From Acidimicrobiales bacterium (GTDB lineage: Bacteria > Actinomycetota > Acidimicrobiia > Acidimicrobiales > VFJN01), in NCBI GenBank assembly GCA_045807565.1, contig JBJMHD010000112.1:15212-79211 (forward strand): a DNA stretch of 64,000 nt, written 5' to 3'. The stretch's first letter is position 1; each line of letters begins with the position of its first letter. The position numbers and the translations under genes were made by a program. The notes below the pieces were generated by a model. The model was given only the letters and a program-made list of their open reading frames with translations. It did not search any database and was not told where the DNA came from. Below are positions 1-10,056 of this stretch, in pieces.

Positions 1-1371
1 GCCGTCCTCGTCGAGGTGCCCGAGGTCGCCGGTGTGCAGCCACCCGTCGCGGATCGCGTCGGCGGTGGCCTCCGGCTTGTTCCAGTAGCCCTTCATGAGG
101 ATGGGACCGGTGATGCAGACCTCGCCGGTCTGGCCGGGGCCGAGCTCGTTGCCCGCGTCGTCGGCGATCTTCACCGACACGGTGGGCACGGGCTGGCCGA
201 CGGAGGTGGGCTTGTCGAGCGCGTCCTGTCCGCTGATCGCGGTGGCGACCGAGGACGTCTCCGTGAGGCCGTACGCGTTGGTGGTGCTGCCGACGTTGGG
301 GAAGGTGTCGTGGATCATCCGCTGGAGCTCGTCGGCCGACGGTGACCCGCCGAACGCGACCGACCGCACCGACGACGTGTCGTAGTCGTGGCGGTCGGGG
401 TGCTCGCACACGCGCCACACCATCGTCGGCACGGTGGCCCACACCGTGACCTTGTGCTCCTGGATGAGCTCCAGCGCGGTCTCGGGCGTGAAGCGACCCT
501 CGGGCATCACCAGCTTGAGGCCCGCCAGGAGCCCGACCACGAGCGTGGAGTGGCAGCCGGAGACGTGGAACAGCGGTGACGTGAACAGCGACACGTTCTG
601 CTGGCCGGCGCCGGCGTCGGGGAGCGCCGACCCGCCGACCATCGACCCGGCGATGGCGCCGTACATCGTGTTCTGCAGGTTGGCGATCATGCTCCGGTGG
701 GTGGAGATCGCACCCTTGGGCCGACCCGTGGTTCCCGAGGTGTAGAAGATCACCGCGGGGTCGTCCTCGGCGATGTCGGTGGTCATCAGCTCGGCGGTGG
801 GGGACCCTGTGAGCTCGCTGAAGCCGTGCACCCGCTCGTCATCGGCGAGGCCGATGTCGGCGGGGGTGCAGTCGATGAGGAACACGTGCTCGAGGTCGGG
901 GGCCTTGTCCAGTGAGCCGGCGATCCGCTCGAAGCGCCGCTTGTCCGCCACCAGCACCTTGGCGCCCGAGTCCTGCAGGCCGTACTCGATCTCGTCGGTC
1001 GTCCACCACCCGTTGAGCCCCACGAGGATGGCGCCCTGCTGCACGGTGGCCCAGAACGTGAGGCACCACTCGGGGTTGTTCTGGCTCAGCACCGCGACGC
1101 GGTCTCCGTGCTCGATGCCGAACCGCTCGTGGAGGGCGTGGGCGACGCCGTTGGCGGTGTGGACGAAGGTGCTGAAGCCGTAGGTGCGGTCGCCGTAGAC
1201 CAGGAACGTCTGGTCGTCGCCGCGCATGGCGCCGACCTCGGCGACGGAGCGCAGCGACGGCATGCGCTGCGCGTACACCTGCGTGGGCCGCCCGAGGACC
1301 TCCTCGGTGACCACCTCGAACATCCCCCCGGGCCCGGTGAGCTGGGCCTTGACCTCGGCAGCAGTCGGCAT
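1..1371 (-). CDS. AMP-dependent acyl-CoA synthetase/ligase (partial; C-terminus beyond left edge)
   Basis: Not in ORF track because no stop lies inside the window. Hand translation of the minus strand from ATG 1371 gives MPTAAEVKAQLTGPGGMFEVV... It carries the AMP-binding motif IFYTSGTTGRPKGA, and ...MKGYWNKPEATADAIRDGWLHTGDLGHLDEDG reaches position 1. Strong GC3 bias. Confidence 0.85.
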   Translation of the reverse strand, partial: MPTAAEVKAQLTGPGGMFEVVTEEVLGRPTQVYAQRMPSLRSVAEVGAMRGDDQTFLVYGDRTYGFSTFVHTANGVAHALHERFGIEHGDRVAVLSQNNPEWCLTFWATVQQGAILVGLNGWWTTDEIEYGLQDSGAKVLVADKRRFERIAGSLDKAPDLEHVFLIDCTPADIGLADDERVHGFSELTGSPTAELMTTDIAEDDPAVIFYTSGTTGRPKGAISTHRSMIANLQNTMYGAIAGSMVGGSALPDAGAGQQNVSLFTSPLFHVSGCHSTLVVGLLAGLKLVMPEGRFTPETALELIQEHKVTVWATVPTMVWRVCEHPDRHDYDTSSVRSVAFGGSPSADELQRMIHDTFPNVGSTTNAYGLTETSSVATAISGQDALDKPTSVGQPVPTVSVKIADDAGNELGPGQTGEVCITGPILMKGYWNKPEATADAIRDGWLHTGDLGHLDEDG

Positions 1372-1604
1372 GACCGGACCGTATCCTCGTCGGCCGCCTG
1401 CGGCGGCCTCCTCGGAGCTGCAGCGGTCGCCGCCTGTCGGCGGCGGCTCATCGTCTGGTCGGCGACCGGCGGAGCCGGATCGCCTCGCGGCGGGGGGCTC
1501 CGGCGGAGCCTCTGCCCCCCGCACCCCCCGCAACCCCGCAGGCCCGCGTCTCCTGATCGTTTGGCCCGCTCCTATCTCGGATGGTTAGGGTCCGGGTTGT
1601 GCGG

Positions 1605-2108
1605 ATGAGCGATGCGGTCGAGTGGGCGATCCACTGCTGCTCGTTGCTGGCTGCGGTGCCGGAGGACCAGGCGCTCCCGGCGTCTCGGCTGGCCGAGTTC
1701 CACGACGTGCCGCCTGCCTACCTGGCCAAGGCGCTCCAGGCGATGGCCGCGGCAGGCATCGTCGAGTCTCGGCCCGGTCCGCTCGGCGGGTACCGGCTGG
1801 CGCGGCCGGCCACCGAGATCACCCTGCTCGACATCGTGCAGGCGGTGGACGGGCCCGGGACCGCCTTCCGGTGCAGCGAGATCCGGCAGCGTGGGCCCGG
1901 CGCCGTCGACGAGCGCGGTGCCTACCGGGTGGCATGCGGCATCGCCCGTGCCATGTGGCGAGCGGAGGACGCGTGGCGCGCCGAGCTCGCGGCCACGACC
2001 GTGAGCGACATGGTCATCGACTTCCTCACCCTCGCGTCACCCGAGCGGGTGCAGCGCGGCGTCGAGTGGATCCAGGAGGTCCACGTACAGCGAAGGAGCA
2101 AGAGATGA
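1605..2108 (+). CDS. Rrf2 family transcriptional regulator
   Basis: ORF 1581..2108, preferred ATG 1605 (MSDAVEWAIHCC...). Winged-helix core RLAEFHDVPPAYLAKALQAMAAAGIVESRPGPLGGYRLARP. ATGA overlap with the next gene. Confidence 0.8.
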   Translation: MSDAVEWAIHCCSLLAAVPEDQALPASRLAEFHDVPPAYLAKALQAMAAAGIVESRPGPLGGYRLARPATEITLLDIVQAVDGPGTAFRCSEIRQRGPGAVDERGAYRVACGIARAMWRAEDAWRAELAATTVSDMVIDFLTLASPERVQRGVEWIQEVHVQRRSKR

Positions 2109-3025
2109 AGGTGTTCGTCGCAGGAGCCACCGGCGTGCTCGGTCGCGCCACGATCCCCCGGCTGATCGCGGCCGGCCACGAGGTGCGCGGGTCGGCGCGC
2201 TCGCCTGAGAAGGCCGACCAGCTCCGCGCCCAAGGGGCGGAGCCGGTCACGGTCGACCTGTTCGACCCGGCGTCGGTGCGGTCGGCGGTCGACGGCTGCC
2301 AGGGGGTCGTGCACATGGCGACCAACATCCCCGCCCTCACGAAGGCGTGGAAGGGCAGCGCCTGGGAGACGAACGACCGCCTTCGCCGCGAGGGCACCCA
2401 GGTGCTCGCCGACGCCTGCCGGGACGCCGGCGTGGAGGTGCTGGTGAAGGAGACGGTGTGCTTCTTCTACGAGGACGGCGGTGACCAGTGGATCGACGAG
2501 GGCTGGCCCATCGCGCGCGAGCCGTTCAGCGAGGCCTCGCTCGACGCCGAGGACATCACCCTCGCCTTCAGCGGCGACGGCCGCCGGGGCGTCGTGCTCC
2601 GCTTCGGCCTCTTCTACTCGCACGACGCCCGGTCGCTGGAGGAGAGCCTGAAGACCGCCAAGCTCGGCATGGGCCCGATGGTCGGCCCCGCCGAGGGCTG
2701 GCGCGCATCGATCCACGTCGACGATGCCGCGGCCGCCGTCGTCGCGGCGCTGGACGCACCGGCCGGCGCCTACAACGTCGCCGATGAGCCCATCACCAAC
2801 GGCGACTGGAACGCGGCGTTCGCAGCGGCCTTCGGCTTCAAGAAGCTGCGCGCCACCCCCAAGGCCGCCATGAAGGTCGGTGGCCGGAAGCTCTCGGTGC
2901 TCGGCGCCAGCCGGCGCATCGACTCCACCAGGTTCAAGGAGGCCACCGGCTGGTCGCCACAGCACCCGGACGCGAGGCTCGGCCTCGAGGCCGTCGCCGA
3001 AGCGCACCGCGCCACGCCGATCTGA
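2105..3025 (+). CDS. NAD(P)-dependent oxidoreductase, epimerase/dehydratase-like (atypical SDR)
   Basis: Internal ATG 2105 of ORF 1622..3025. MKVFVAGATGVLGRATIPRLIAAGHEV is a Rossmann GxxGxxG. The upstream part of the track ORF is Arg/Gly-rich noise. Confidence 0.8.
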   Translation: MKVFVAGATGVLGRATIPRLIAAGHEVRGSARSPEKADQLRAQGAEPVTVDLFDPASVRSAVDGCQGVVHMATNIPALTKAWKGSAWETNDRLRREGTQVLADACRDAGVEVLVKETVCFFYEDGGDQWIDEGWPIAREPFSEASLDAEDITLAFSGDGRRGVVLRFGLFYSHDARSLEESLKTAKLGMGPMVGPAEGWRASIHVDDAAAAVVAALDAPAGAYNVADEPITNGDWNAAFAAAFGFKKLRATPKAAMKVGGRKLSVLGASRRIDSTRFKEATGWSPQHPDARLGLEAVAEAHRATPI

Positions 3026-3035
3026 CGACCGCGGG

Positions 3036-3941
3036 TCAGCGGAAGCGGGGAGCGACCTCCTCGATGATGAGGTCGAGGCGGTCGAGGCGGTTCTGGCCCT
3101 TGCCCAGGGTGAAGTCGGGCACGATCACCTCGTCGAGCCCGATCGCCTGCCATGCGGCGACGGCATCGGAGATCTCCTCGGCGCCGCCGGCGACGGCGGG
3201 GCGAGCGGTGTCCTCGCGGAAGGCCTTGGCCTTGGCCTCGTCGTCGGTGACGAGGAACAGCGCCTGGGCCGATCGCTGGACCTCGCTCGGGTCTCGGCCG
3301 ATGCGCTCGCAGTGGGCATCGAGGATCGATGCTCGCTCGGCGATCGTGTCGGCCAGGCCCCACATGTTCCACTCGTCGGCGTAGCGGGCGACGATGCCGA
3401 GCATGCGATCGCCCTTGCCGCCGATGAGCAAGGGGAGCGGGTCCTGCACGGGCTTGGGCTCGCAGATCGCGTCGGTGAGCTGGTAGTGGCGGCCGGCGAT
3501 CGTGGTCCTCTCCTCCCGGAGGAGGCCGTGCCACACCTGGCACGCCTCCTCGAACCGGTCGAGCAGCTGGCCGGGCCGAGGGAGGTCGATGCCGTACTGC
3601 CGGTGCTCGTTGACCTGCCAGCCCGCGCCGACGCCGAGCAGCACGCGCCCGCCGCTGATGTGGTCGACGGTGGCCGCCCAGTTGGCGACCACCGCTGGGT
3701 GCCGGTACGTGTTGCCGAGCACCAGCGTGCCCAGCCGCACGCGGTCGGTGACGGCGGCGAGCGCCGCCAGCGCGCTGGTGCCCTCGAGCGTGGGGACCTC
3801 CACGGCGCCGGGAGGCCCGTCGTTCCCCATGAAGTGGTCCATCACGTACACGCCGTCCCACCCGGTGGCCTCGGCATGCCGGCTGACCTCCAGCACGTCG
3901 TCCCATGGCTGGGCCAGCGTGGGCCACACGGCGAACCTCAT
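3036..3941 (-). CDS. LLM-class (luciferase-like) F420-dependent oxidoreductase
   Basis: Last 301 codons of ORF 3036..5516 from ATG 3941 ([19 protein letters not shown]...). GNTYRHPAVVANWAATVDHISGGRVLLGVGAGW is typical of the family. ATGA overlap with the serC stop. Confidence 0.8.
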   Translation of the reverse strand: MRFAVWPTLAQPWDDVLEVSRHAEATGWDGVYVMDHFMGNDGPPGAVEVPTLEGTSALAALAAVTDRVRLGTLVLGNTYRHPAVVANWAATVDHISGGRVLLGVGAGWQVNEHRQYGIDLPRPGQLLDRFEEACQVWHGLLREERTTIAGRHYQLTDAICEPKPVQDPLPLLIGGKGDRMLGIVARYADEWNMWGLADTIAERASILDAHCERIGRDPSEVQRSAQALFLVTDDEAKAKAFREDTARPAVAGGAEEISDAVAAWQAIGLDEVIVPDFTLGKGQNRLDRLDLIIEEVAPRFR

Positions 3942-5071
3942 CGGGACAACGCCTCCACCACGTGGTCGATGCACCGGGTGAGGGCGGCGACGTCCTCGGG
4001 GTCGATGCTGGGGAACAGCGCGATGCGCAGCTGGTTGCGGCCCAGCTTGCGGTAGCTCTCCGTGTCGACGATGCCGTTGCTCCTGAGGACGCCCGAGATC
4101 GTGAGGGCGTCGGCCACGGCGTCGTCGATGTCGATCGTGGCGACCACGTGGCTGCGCTGCTCGGGTCTCGCCACGAAGGGCGTGGCGTAGCTGGACGTCT
4201 CCGCCCAGTCGTAGATCGTGCTCGCCGACCGGTCGCAGCGGCTGGCTGCCCACTCGAGGCCCCCTTGCTGGTTGATCCACTCGACCTGCTGGTTCGCCAG
4301 GAAGATCGTGGCCAGCGCGGGGGTGTTGTACGTCTGGTCCTTGCGGCTGTTCTCGAGCGCGATCCCGAGGTCGAGGGACGCCGGCGTCCAGCGGTCGGAC
4401 GCGGCGAGGCGGGAGATGCGGTCGACGGCGGCAGGCGACGCCGCGGCCAGCCAGAGCCCGCCGTCGGAGGCCAGGCACTTCTGCGGGGCGAAGTAGTAGA
4501 CGTCCACCTCGTCGGGGTCGAAGCGGAGGCCCCCGGCCGCGGAGGTGGCGTCCACGATCACGAGGCCGTCGGCACCGTGCGGTCGCTCCAACGGCATGGC
4601 GACGCCCGTGGACGTCTCGTTGTGGGTCAGGCAGTAGGTGTCGACCTCGGGGTCGGTCACCGGGAGCGGGTGGGTGCCGGGGTCGGCGAAGAGGTTCGAC
4701 GGCTCGTCGAGGTGCGGGGCGGCCGCCGCGACCTCGGCGAACTTCGAGGAGAACTCGCCGAAGCGCAGGTGCTGGCTGCGTCGGTCGATGAGGCCGAACG
4801 AGGCGGCGTCCCAGAAGGAGGTCGTCCCTCCGTTGCCCAGCAGCACCTCGTAGCCGTCGGGCAGCGCGAACAGCTCCGCGAGCCCGTTGCGAAGCGCGCC
4901 GACCTCGAACTGCACCCGAGCCTGGCGGTGCGACGTGCCGAGGTAGTCGCGACCCGTGGCGAGCAGCGCTTCCACCGCCTCGGGACGGATCTTGGACGGG
5001 CCGCAGCCGAAGCGGCCGTCCCGGGGGAGCAGGTCGACGGGGATCTTGATGTCGGGCAGCGGGGGGGTCAC
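3938..5071 (-). CDS. serC: phosphoserine aminotransferase (actinobacterial type)
   Basis: ORF 3938..5161. Motifs [29 protein letters not shown] and [19 protein letters not shown] 5071 ([11 protein letters not shown]) fits family N-termini better than ATG 5161. Confidence 0.9.
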   Translation of the reverse strand: MTPPLPDIKIPVDLLPRDGRFGCGPSKIRPEAVEALLATGRDYLGTSHRQARVQFEVGALRNGLAELFALPDGYEVLLGNGGTTSFWDAASFGLIDRRSQHLRFGEFSSKFAEVAAAAPHLDEPSNLFADPGTHPLPVTDPEVDTYCLTHNETSTGVAMPLERPHGADGLVIVDATSAAGGLRFDPDEVDVYYFAPQKCLASDGGLWLAAASPAAVDRISRLAASDRWTPASLDLGIALENSRKDQTYNTPALATIFLANQQVEWINQQGGLEWAASRCDRSASTIYDWAETSSYATPFVARPEQRSHVVATIDIDDAVADALTISGVLRSNGIVDTESYRKLGRNQLRIALFPSIDPEDVAALTRCIDHVVEALSR

Positions 5072-5193
5072 CCGGCCATGTTCGCGGACGGGGTGCGATC
5101 GCAGCGACCGCGATCGGGCGGCTCGGGATCTCCGAGGGAGGGGCGCGGTCGGACGTGCCACGATGGCGGCGTCCCGTCCCGGAGGAGCTCGAG

Positions 5194-6411
5194 TTGCCCA
5201 CCCCCCGCACCCTTGCTCGCGTGAGCCAGCGCGTGGCTGCCATCGCCGAGTCCGCCACCCTCGCCGTGGATGCCAAGGCCAAGGCGCTGAAGGCGGCGGG
5301 CGAGCCGGTGATCGGCTTCGGCGCCGGCGAGCCCGACTTCCCGACGCCCGCCCACATCGTGGAGGCGGCGGTCGAGGCCGCGCGCGACCCCAGGAACCAC
5401 AAGTACACGCCGGCCGGCGGGCTCCCGGAGCTGAAGGAGGCCGTCGCGGCCAAGACGCTGCGCGACTCGGGCCTGGCGGTGCAGCCCAGCCAGGTGCTCA
5501 TCACCAACGGCGGCAAGCACGCCGTCTACAACACGTTCGCCACCCTCCTCGACCCCGGCGACGAGGTGCTCCTGCCGGCGCCGTACTGGACCACCTACCC
5601 CGAGCCCATCGCCCTGTCGGGAGGTGTGCCCGTCGTGCTGCCGACCGACGAGACGACGGGCTTCCGCGTCACCGTCGACCAGCTCGACGCGGCGGTCACC
5701 GACCGCACGAAGGCGCTCATGTTCGTGTCGCCCAGCAACCCCACGGGAGCGGTGTACCCCGTGGAGGAGGTCGAGGCGATCGGGCGATGGGCGGTCGACC
5801 GCGGGATCTGGGTGATCACCGACGAGATCTACGAGCACCTCACCTACGGCGAGCATCGGTTCAGCTCGATGCCCGAGCTCGTCCCCGAGCTGCAGGAGCA
5901 CTGCGTCGTGCTCAACGGCGTGGCCAAGACCTACGCCATGACCGGCTGGCGGGTGGGGTGGATGATCGGTCCCGACGACGTGATCAAGGCGGCCACCAAC
6001 CTGCAGTCGCACGCCACCTCGAACGTCGCCAACGTCAGCCAGCGGGCGGCGCTGGCCGCCGTCTCCGGTGATCTGACCGCCGTGGCCGAGATGCGGGCCG
6101 CCTTCGAACGGCGTGGCCACACCATGCACCAGCTCCTCACCGGGATCGAAGGGGTCACCGCGCTCGAACCGCAAGGGGCGTTCTACGGCTTCCCCAACCT
6201 GAGCCACTACCTCGGCAAGGCGATCCGGGGCCGCACCTCGGAGACCACCCTCGAGCTGTGCGCGGTCCTCCTCGACGAGGCGAAGGTCGCGATCGTCCCC
6301 GGTGAGGCCTTCGACGCGCCTGGCTACGCGCGCCTCAGCTACGCGCTGGGCGACGACGACCTGGGCGAGGGCTGCCGTCGCATCGCCGACCTCCTCGCCG
6401 AGGCCGAGTAG
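5194..6411 (+). CDS. class I PLP-dependent aminotransferase (aspartate aminotransferase-like)
   Basis: ORF 5155..6411. Motifs [17 protein letters not shown] and [16 protein letters not shown] (PLP lysine). TTG 5194 preceded by GGAGGAG is preferred; GTG 5155 is possible. Confidence 0.9.
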   Translation: MPTPRTLARVSQRVAAIAESATLAVDAKAKALKAAGEPVIGFGAGEPDFPTPAHIVEAAVEAARDPRNHKYTPAGGLPELKEAVAAKTLRDSGLAVQPSQVLITNGGKHAVYNTFATLLDPGDEVLLPAPYWTTYPEPIALSGGVPVVLPTDETTGFRVTVDQLDAAVTDRTKALMFVSPSNPTGAVYPVEEVEAIGRWAVDRGIWVITDEIYEHLTYGEHRFSSMPELVPELQEHCVVLNGVAKTYAMTGWRVGWMIGPDDVIKAATNLQSHATSNVANVSQRAALAAVSGDLTAVAEMRAAFERRGHTMHQLLTGIEGVTALEPQGAFYGFPNLSHYLGKAIRGRTSETTLELCAVLLDEAKVAIVPGEAFDAPGYARLSYALGDDDLGEGCRRIADLLAEAE

Positions 6412-6423
6412 AGCGCCGCGGCG

Positions 6424-8352
6424 TTGACCGAGCTGCCCTACGGCTCCTGGCCGACCCCGATCACGAGCGAGCTGGTGGTGCGCTCGGCGCGCCTGCCCGG
6501 CGCCGTCCACGTCGATGGCGACGAGGTGTGGTGGTCGGAGGGCCGGCCGGAGGAGGCGGGCCGCATCACCGTGCTCCGTCGCCACGCCGACGGCGCGGTC
6601 GACGAAGTGCTCCCGCCCGAGCACAACGCCCGCACGGCCGTGCACGAGTACGGCGGGGGTGCGTGGTGGGTGAGCGGTGGGGTGCTGTGGTTCGCCGACT
6701 GGGCGACGCAGCGTCTGCACCGCCTCGAGCCGGGCGGCGAACCGGTGGCGCTCACACCCGAGCCGGAGGTGCCACGCGGGCTGCGCTACGCCGACGGCGA
6801 CGTGCACCCCGGCGGCACCACGCTGCTGTGCGTGCAGGAGCGGCATCCCGCCGAGGGCGGCGAGGCCGTCAACACGATCGTCCAGCTCGCTGCTCACCAG
6901 CCTGTCGAGCCGCAGATCGTGGTCGAGGGGGCGGACTTCGTGTCGAACCCCCGCTGGTCGCCGGACGGTGCATCGTTCTGCTGGCTCGAGTGGGACCACC
7001 CGGACATGCCGTGGGATGCCACCCGCCTGGTGCTCGACGAGGGCGGGCGGCGCACCGTGGTGGCGGGCGGAGACGAGCGCGAGTCCATCGGCCAGCCGGA
7101 ATGGGCCCCCGACGGCTCGCTGTGGTTCTACGGCGACCGCACCGGGTTCTGGAGCCTGTACCGCTGGACCCGCGACCGCGGACGGGAGCTCGTCGTCGAC
7201 CTGCAGAAGGACATCGGCGTGCCCCAGTGGGTGTTCGGCCAGTCCTCCTACGTCCTCCTCGATGACGGCCGGGTCGCGTTCGCCTTCAGCGACGGTGGGC
7301 TCGATCGGCTGGCGGTCCGTGAGCCCGCGGGCGGGGTCGCGACCGTCGACCTGCCCCTCACGATGTTCGACAGCCTCCGGGCGCGCGGCAACCGAGTCGT
7401 GGGCATCGCCGCCGGCCCGTCCACCGAACCGCACGTGGTCGAGATCGACGTGGACGCCGCCGCCGCCGACGTGCTGGTCGCACCGCGCGACCTGGGGCTC
7501 GAGGATGCGTGGTTCCCGCCGCCCGAGCCGATCTCGTTCCCCACCGCCGGCGGCCACACCGCCCACGCGCTGCTCTACCGGCCGGCCAACCCCGGGATGG
7601 TCGCACCGGAAGGGGAGCGGCCGCCGCTCCTGGTGATGATCCACGGCGGCCCCACGTCCGCCGCACGGCCCATGCTCCAGGTGTCGCGGCACTACTGGAC
7701 CAGCCGCGGGTTCGCCGTCGTCGACGTCAACTACCGAGGCTCCACCGGGTACGGGCGCGCGTACCGCGAGCTGCTCCGCGGCCAGTGGGGCGTGGCCGAC
7801 GTGGAGGACTGCGCGGCCGTGTGCACCTACCTGGGAGAGCGCGGTGACGTCGACCCGGCGCGCCTCTGCATCCGGGGCGGGTCGGCCGGTGGCTTCACGA
7901 CCCTCGCCGCGCTGGCGTTCCACGACGTGTTCGCAGCGGGCGCGAGCCACTACGGCGTGGCCGACCTCGCCGTGCTGGCCGAGGAGACGCACAAGTTCGA
8001 GAGCCACTACCTCGACGGGCTCGTCGCCCCGCTGCCGGAGGGGCGGGCCGCCTACGACGAGCGCTCACCGATCTTCCACCTCGATCGGTTCGACCGTCCG
8101 CTCGCGGTGTTCCAGGGCCTCGACGACCCGGTGGTCCCGCCCAACCAGGCCGAGATGATCGTCGACGCCCTGCGCTGGCGAGGCGTCCCGGTGGCGTACC
8201 TCGCGTTCGAGGGCGAGCAGCACGGGTTCCGCCAGAGCCACAACATCCGAGCCGCGCTCGACGGCGAGCTCAGCTTCTACGCCCAGGTCCTCGGCTTCGA
8301 CCTCCCGCCCGACGAGGACATCACGCCGATCGAGGTCTCCCGACGTCTGTGA
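6424..8352 (+). CDS. S9 family (prolyl oligopeptidase-type) serine peptidase
   Basis: ORF as listed (TTG start). Propeller-like N-terminal half, then the catalytic domain with the GGSAGG nucleophile elbow and C-terminal EGEQHGF histidine. Confidence 0.85.
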   Translation: MTELPYGSWPTPITSELVVRSARLPGAVHVDGDEVWWSEGRPEEAGRITVLRRHADGAVDEVLPPEHNARTAVHEYGGGAWWVSGGVLWFADWATQRLHRLEPGGEPVALTPEPEVPRGLRYADGDVHPGGTTLLCVQERHPAEGGEAVNTIVQLAAHQPVEPQIVVEGADFVSNPRWSPDGASFCWLEWDHPDMPWDATRLVLDEGGRRTVVAGGDERESIGQPEWAPDGSLWFYGDRTGFWSLYRWTRDRGRELVVDLQKDIGVPQWVFGQSSYVLLDDGRVAFAFSDGGLDRLAVREPAGGVATVDLPLTMFDSLRARGNRVVGIAAGPSTEPHVVEIDVDAAAADVLVAPRDLGLEDAWFPPPEPISFPTAGGHTAHALLYRPANPGMVAPEGERPPLLVMIHGGPTSAARPMLQVSRHYWTSRGFAVVDVNYRGSTGYGRAYRELLRGQWGVADVEDCAAVCTYLGERGDVDPARLCIRGGSAGGFTTLAALAFHDVFAAGASHYGVADLAVLAEETHKFESHYLDGLVAPLPEGRAAYDERSPIFHLDRFDRPLAVFQGLDDPVVPPNQAEMIVDALRWRGVPVAYLAFEGEQHGFRQSHNIRAALDGELSFYAQVLGFDLPPDEDITPIEVSRRL

Positions 8353-8392
8353 GGCCTCACCGTCGCATGGCGACGATTTCTCCGCACAGACG
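8344..8392. terminator. candidate bidirectional terminator between convergent genes
   Basis: Outer 8-bp stem CGTCTGTG (8344-8351) / CACAGACG (8385-8392) encloses inner CGTCGC-ATG-GCGACG (8361-8375), followed by ATTTCT. Confidence 0.3.
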
Positions 8393-8395
8393 ACG

Positions 8396-9667
8396 TCAGC
8401 CGACTCGACCGAGGACCAGGGGGGGTGGGGCGACGGGTCCTGCGGTGATCTCGACGGCATCGGCGAGGGCGTCCTTTGCGGCATCGAGCCGGGTGACGTC
8501 GTCGAGGTGGAGCTCGAGGAGCGGCTGACCCTCGGTGACCTCGTCGCCGACGGTCGCTCGCCACACGACGCCCGCGGTGGCGGAGACGCCGTCCTCCTTG
8601 CGGCTGCGCCCGGCACCCAGCCGCCAGGCGGCGACGCCCACGGCCATCGCGTCGAGCCGGGCGAGGGTGCCGGTCGCCGGCGCGCCGATCACCTCCACCT
8701 CGGTGGCCTTCGGGAGGACGGCGGCGGGGTCGCCCCCCTGGGCCTGCACCATGCGGCGCCACACGTCCATGGCCCGCCCGTCCGCCAGCACGTCCGCCGG
8801 ATCGACCTCGTCGAGGCCCGCGAGGTCCAGCATCTCGCGTGCGAGGTCGAGGGTGAGCTCGACCACGTCGGACGGGCCGCCGCCCGCCAGCACCTCGACG
8901 GCTTCGACGACCTCGAGCGCGTTGCCGGCGGTGCGCCCCAGCGGCACGTCCATCTGGGTGAGCAGTGCCGTCGTGCGGACGCCGTTGGCCGCCCCCAGGT
9001 CCACCATCACCTCCGACAGCTCTCGAGCCTGGCCGGGCTCCTTCATGAACGCACCGCTGCCCACCTTCACGTCGAGGACGAGGGCGGCCGTGCCCTCGGC
9101 GATCTTCTTCGACATGATCGAGCTGGCGATGAGCGGGATCGACTCGACGGTGCCGGTGATGTCCCGGAGCGCGTAGAGCTTCCGGTCGGCGGGCGCGAGG
9201 TCTGGGCCGGCCGCGTTGATCACGGCCCCGACGTCACGGAGGACCTGCGCCACCTCGTCGCCGGCGAGGGTGGAGCGCCACCCCGGGATCGTCTCCATCT
9301 TGTCGATCGTCCCGCCGGTGTGCCCCAGCCCACGGCCCGCCGTCTGTGGCACGGCGGCGCCGCAGGCCGCCACGAGCGGCACCAGCACCAGCGAGACCTT
9401 GTCGCCCACCCCGCCGGTGGAGTGCTTGTCGACCGTCGGCCGTCCGACGCCCGACAGGTCGGCGCGGGTGCCGGTGGCGATCATCTGCTGCGTCCACCGC
9501 GCCAGCTCGGGCGGCTCCATGCCCCGGAAGAGGATCGCCATGAGGAGGGCGGCGGCCTGCTCGTCGACGACCTCACCGCGCGTGTAGGCCGCGATGAACC
9601 AGTCGATCTGCTCGTCCGTCAACCGCCCGCCGTCGCGCTTCCGAAGGATGAGGTCGATGACGTTCAC
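8396..9667 (-). CDS. deoA: thymidine (pyrimidine-nucleoside) phosphorylase
   Basis: ORF as listed (GTG start). Motifs DKHSTGGVGDK and GRGLGHTGGTIDK. GTGA overlap with the cdd stop. Confidence 0.92.
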   Translation of the reverse strand: MNVIDLILRKRDGGRLTDEQIDWFIAAYTRGEVVDEQAAALLMAILFRGMEPPELARWTQQMIATGTRADLSGVGRPTVDKHSTGGVGDKVSLVLVPLVAACGAAVPQTAGRGLGHTGGTIDKMETIPGWRSTLAGDEVAQVLRDVGAVINAAGPDLAPADRKLYALRDITGTVESIPLIASSIMSKKIAEGTAALVLDVKVGSGAFMKEPGQARELSEVMVDLGAANGVRTTALLTQMDVPLGRTAGNALEVVEAVEVLAGGGPSDVVELTLDLAREMLDLAGLDEVDPADVLADGRAMDVWRRMVQAQGGDPAAVLPKATEVEVIGAPATGTLARLDAMAVGVAAWRLGAGRSRKEDGVSATAGVVWRATVGDEVTEGQPLLELHLDDVTRLDAAKDALADAVEITAGPVAPPPLVLGRVG

Positions 9668-10056
9668 GTCGGGGGCCGGGGACGCAGGTGCTCCGGGCCG
9701 AAGGCGTCAGGGAGCAGCTCGCCGAGCGGTCGGTCGTTGAACAGGAGCTCGGGACCGCCGTGCTCGTGGAGGAGCTGGCGGCACCGCCCGCAGGGGACGA
9801 GGGGGCTTCCGTCGCCGTCGACGCACGCCACCGCCACCAGGCGGCCGCCGCCGGTGGCGTGCAACGCAGAGACCAGACCGCACTCGGCGCACAACGTGAG
9901 CCCGTACGACGCGTTCTCGACGTTGCACGCCGTGAGCACGCGCCCGTCGTCGACGAGGCCGGCGACGCCGACCGGGTACTGGGAGTAGGGGACGTAGGCG
10001 CGTGCGCAGGCGTCGACCGCGGCCTGCTGGAGCGCGGGCCAGTCGATCGTGCTCAT
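9664..10056 (-). CDS. cdd: cytidine deaminase
   Basis: Last 130 codons of ORF 9664..11124 from ATG 10056 (MSTIDWPALQQ...). Zinc motifs CAECG and PCGRCRQ. ATGA overlap with the permease stop. Confidence 0.9.
   Translation of the reverse strand: MSTIDWPALQQAAVDACARAYVPYSQYPVGVAGLVDDGRVLTACNVENASYGLTLCAECGLVSALHATGGGRLVAVACVDGDGSPLVPCGRCRQLLHEHGGPELLFNDRPLGELLPDAFGPEHLRPRPPT

Noticed and set aside
5068-8007. Very long alternate-frame or antisense ORFs in the track. Examples: 5068..8007 (-), 17315..19234 (-), 19247..21226 (-), 23441..25216 (-), 26125..28200 (-), 32184..34202 (+), 37492..39939 (-), 60460..61677 (-) and 62014..63390 (-).
   Set aside because: Their translations are Arg/Pro/Gly/His-rich with no motifs. 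They lie opposite or out of frame to genes with clear family signatures. This is the usual stop-codon depletion of high-GC DNA.
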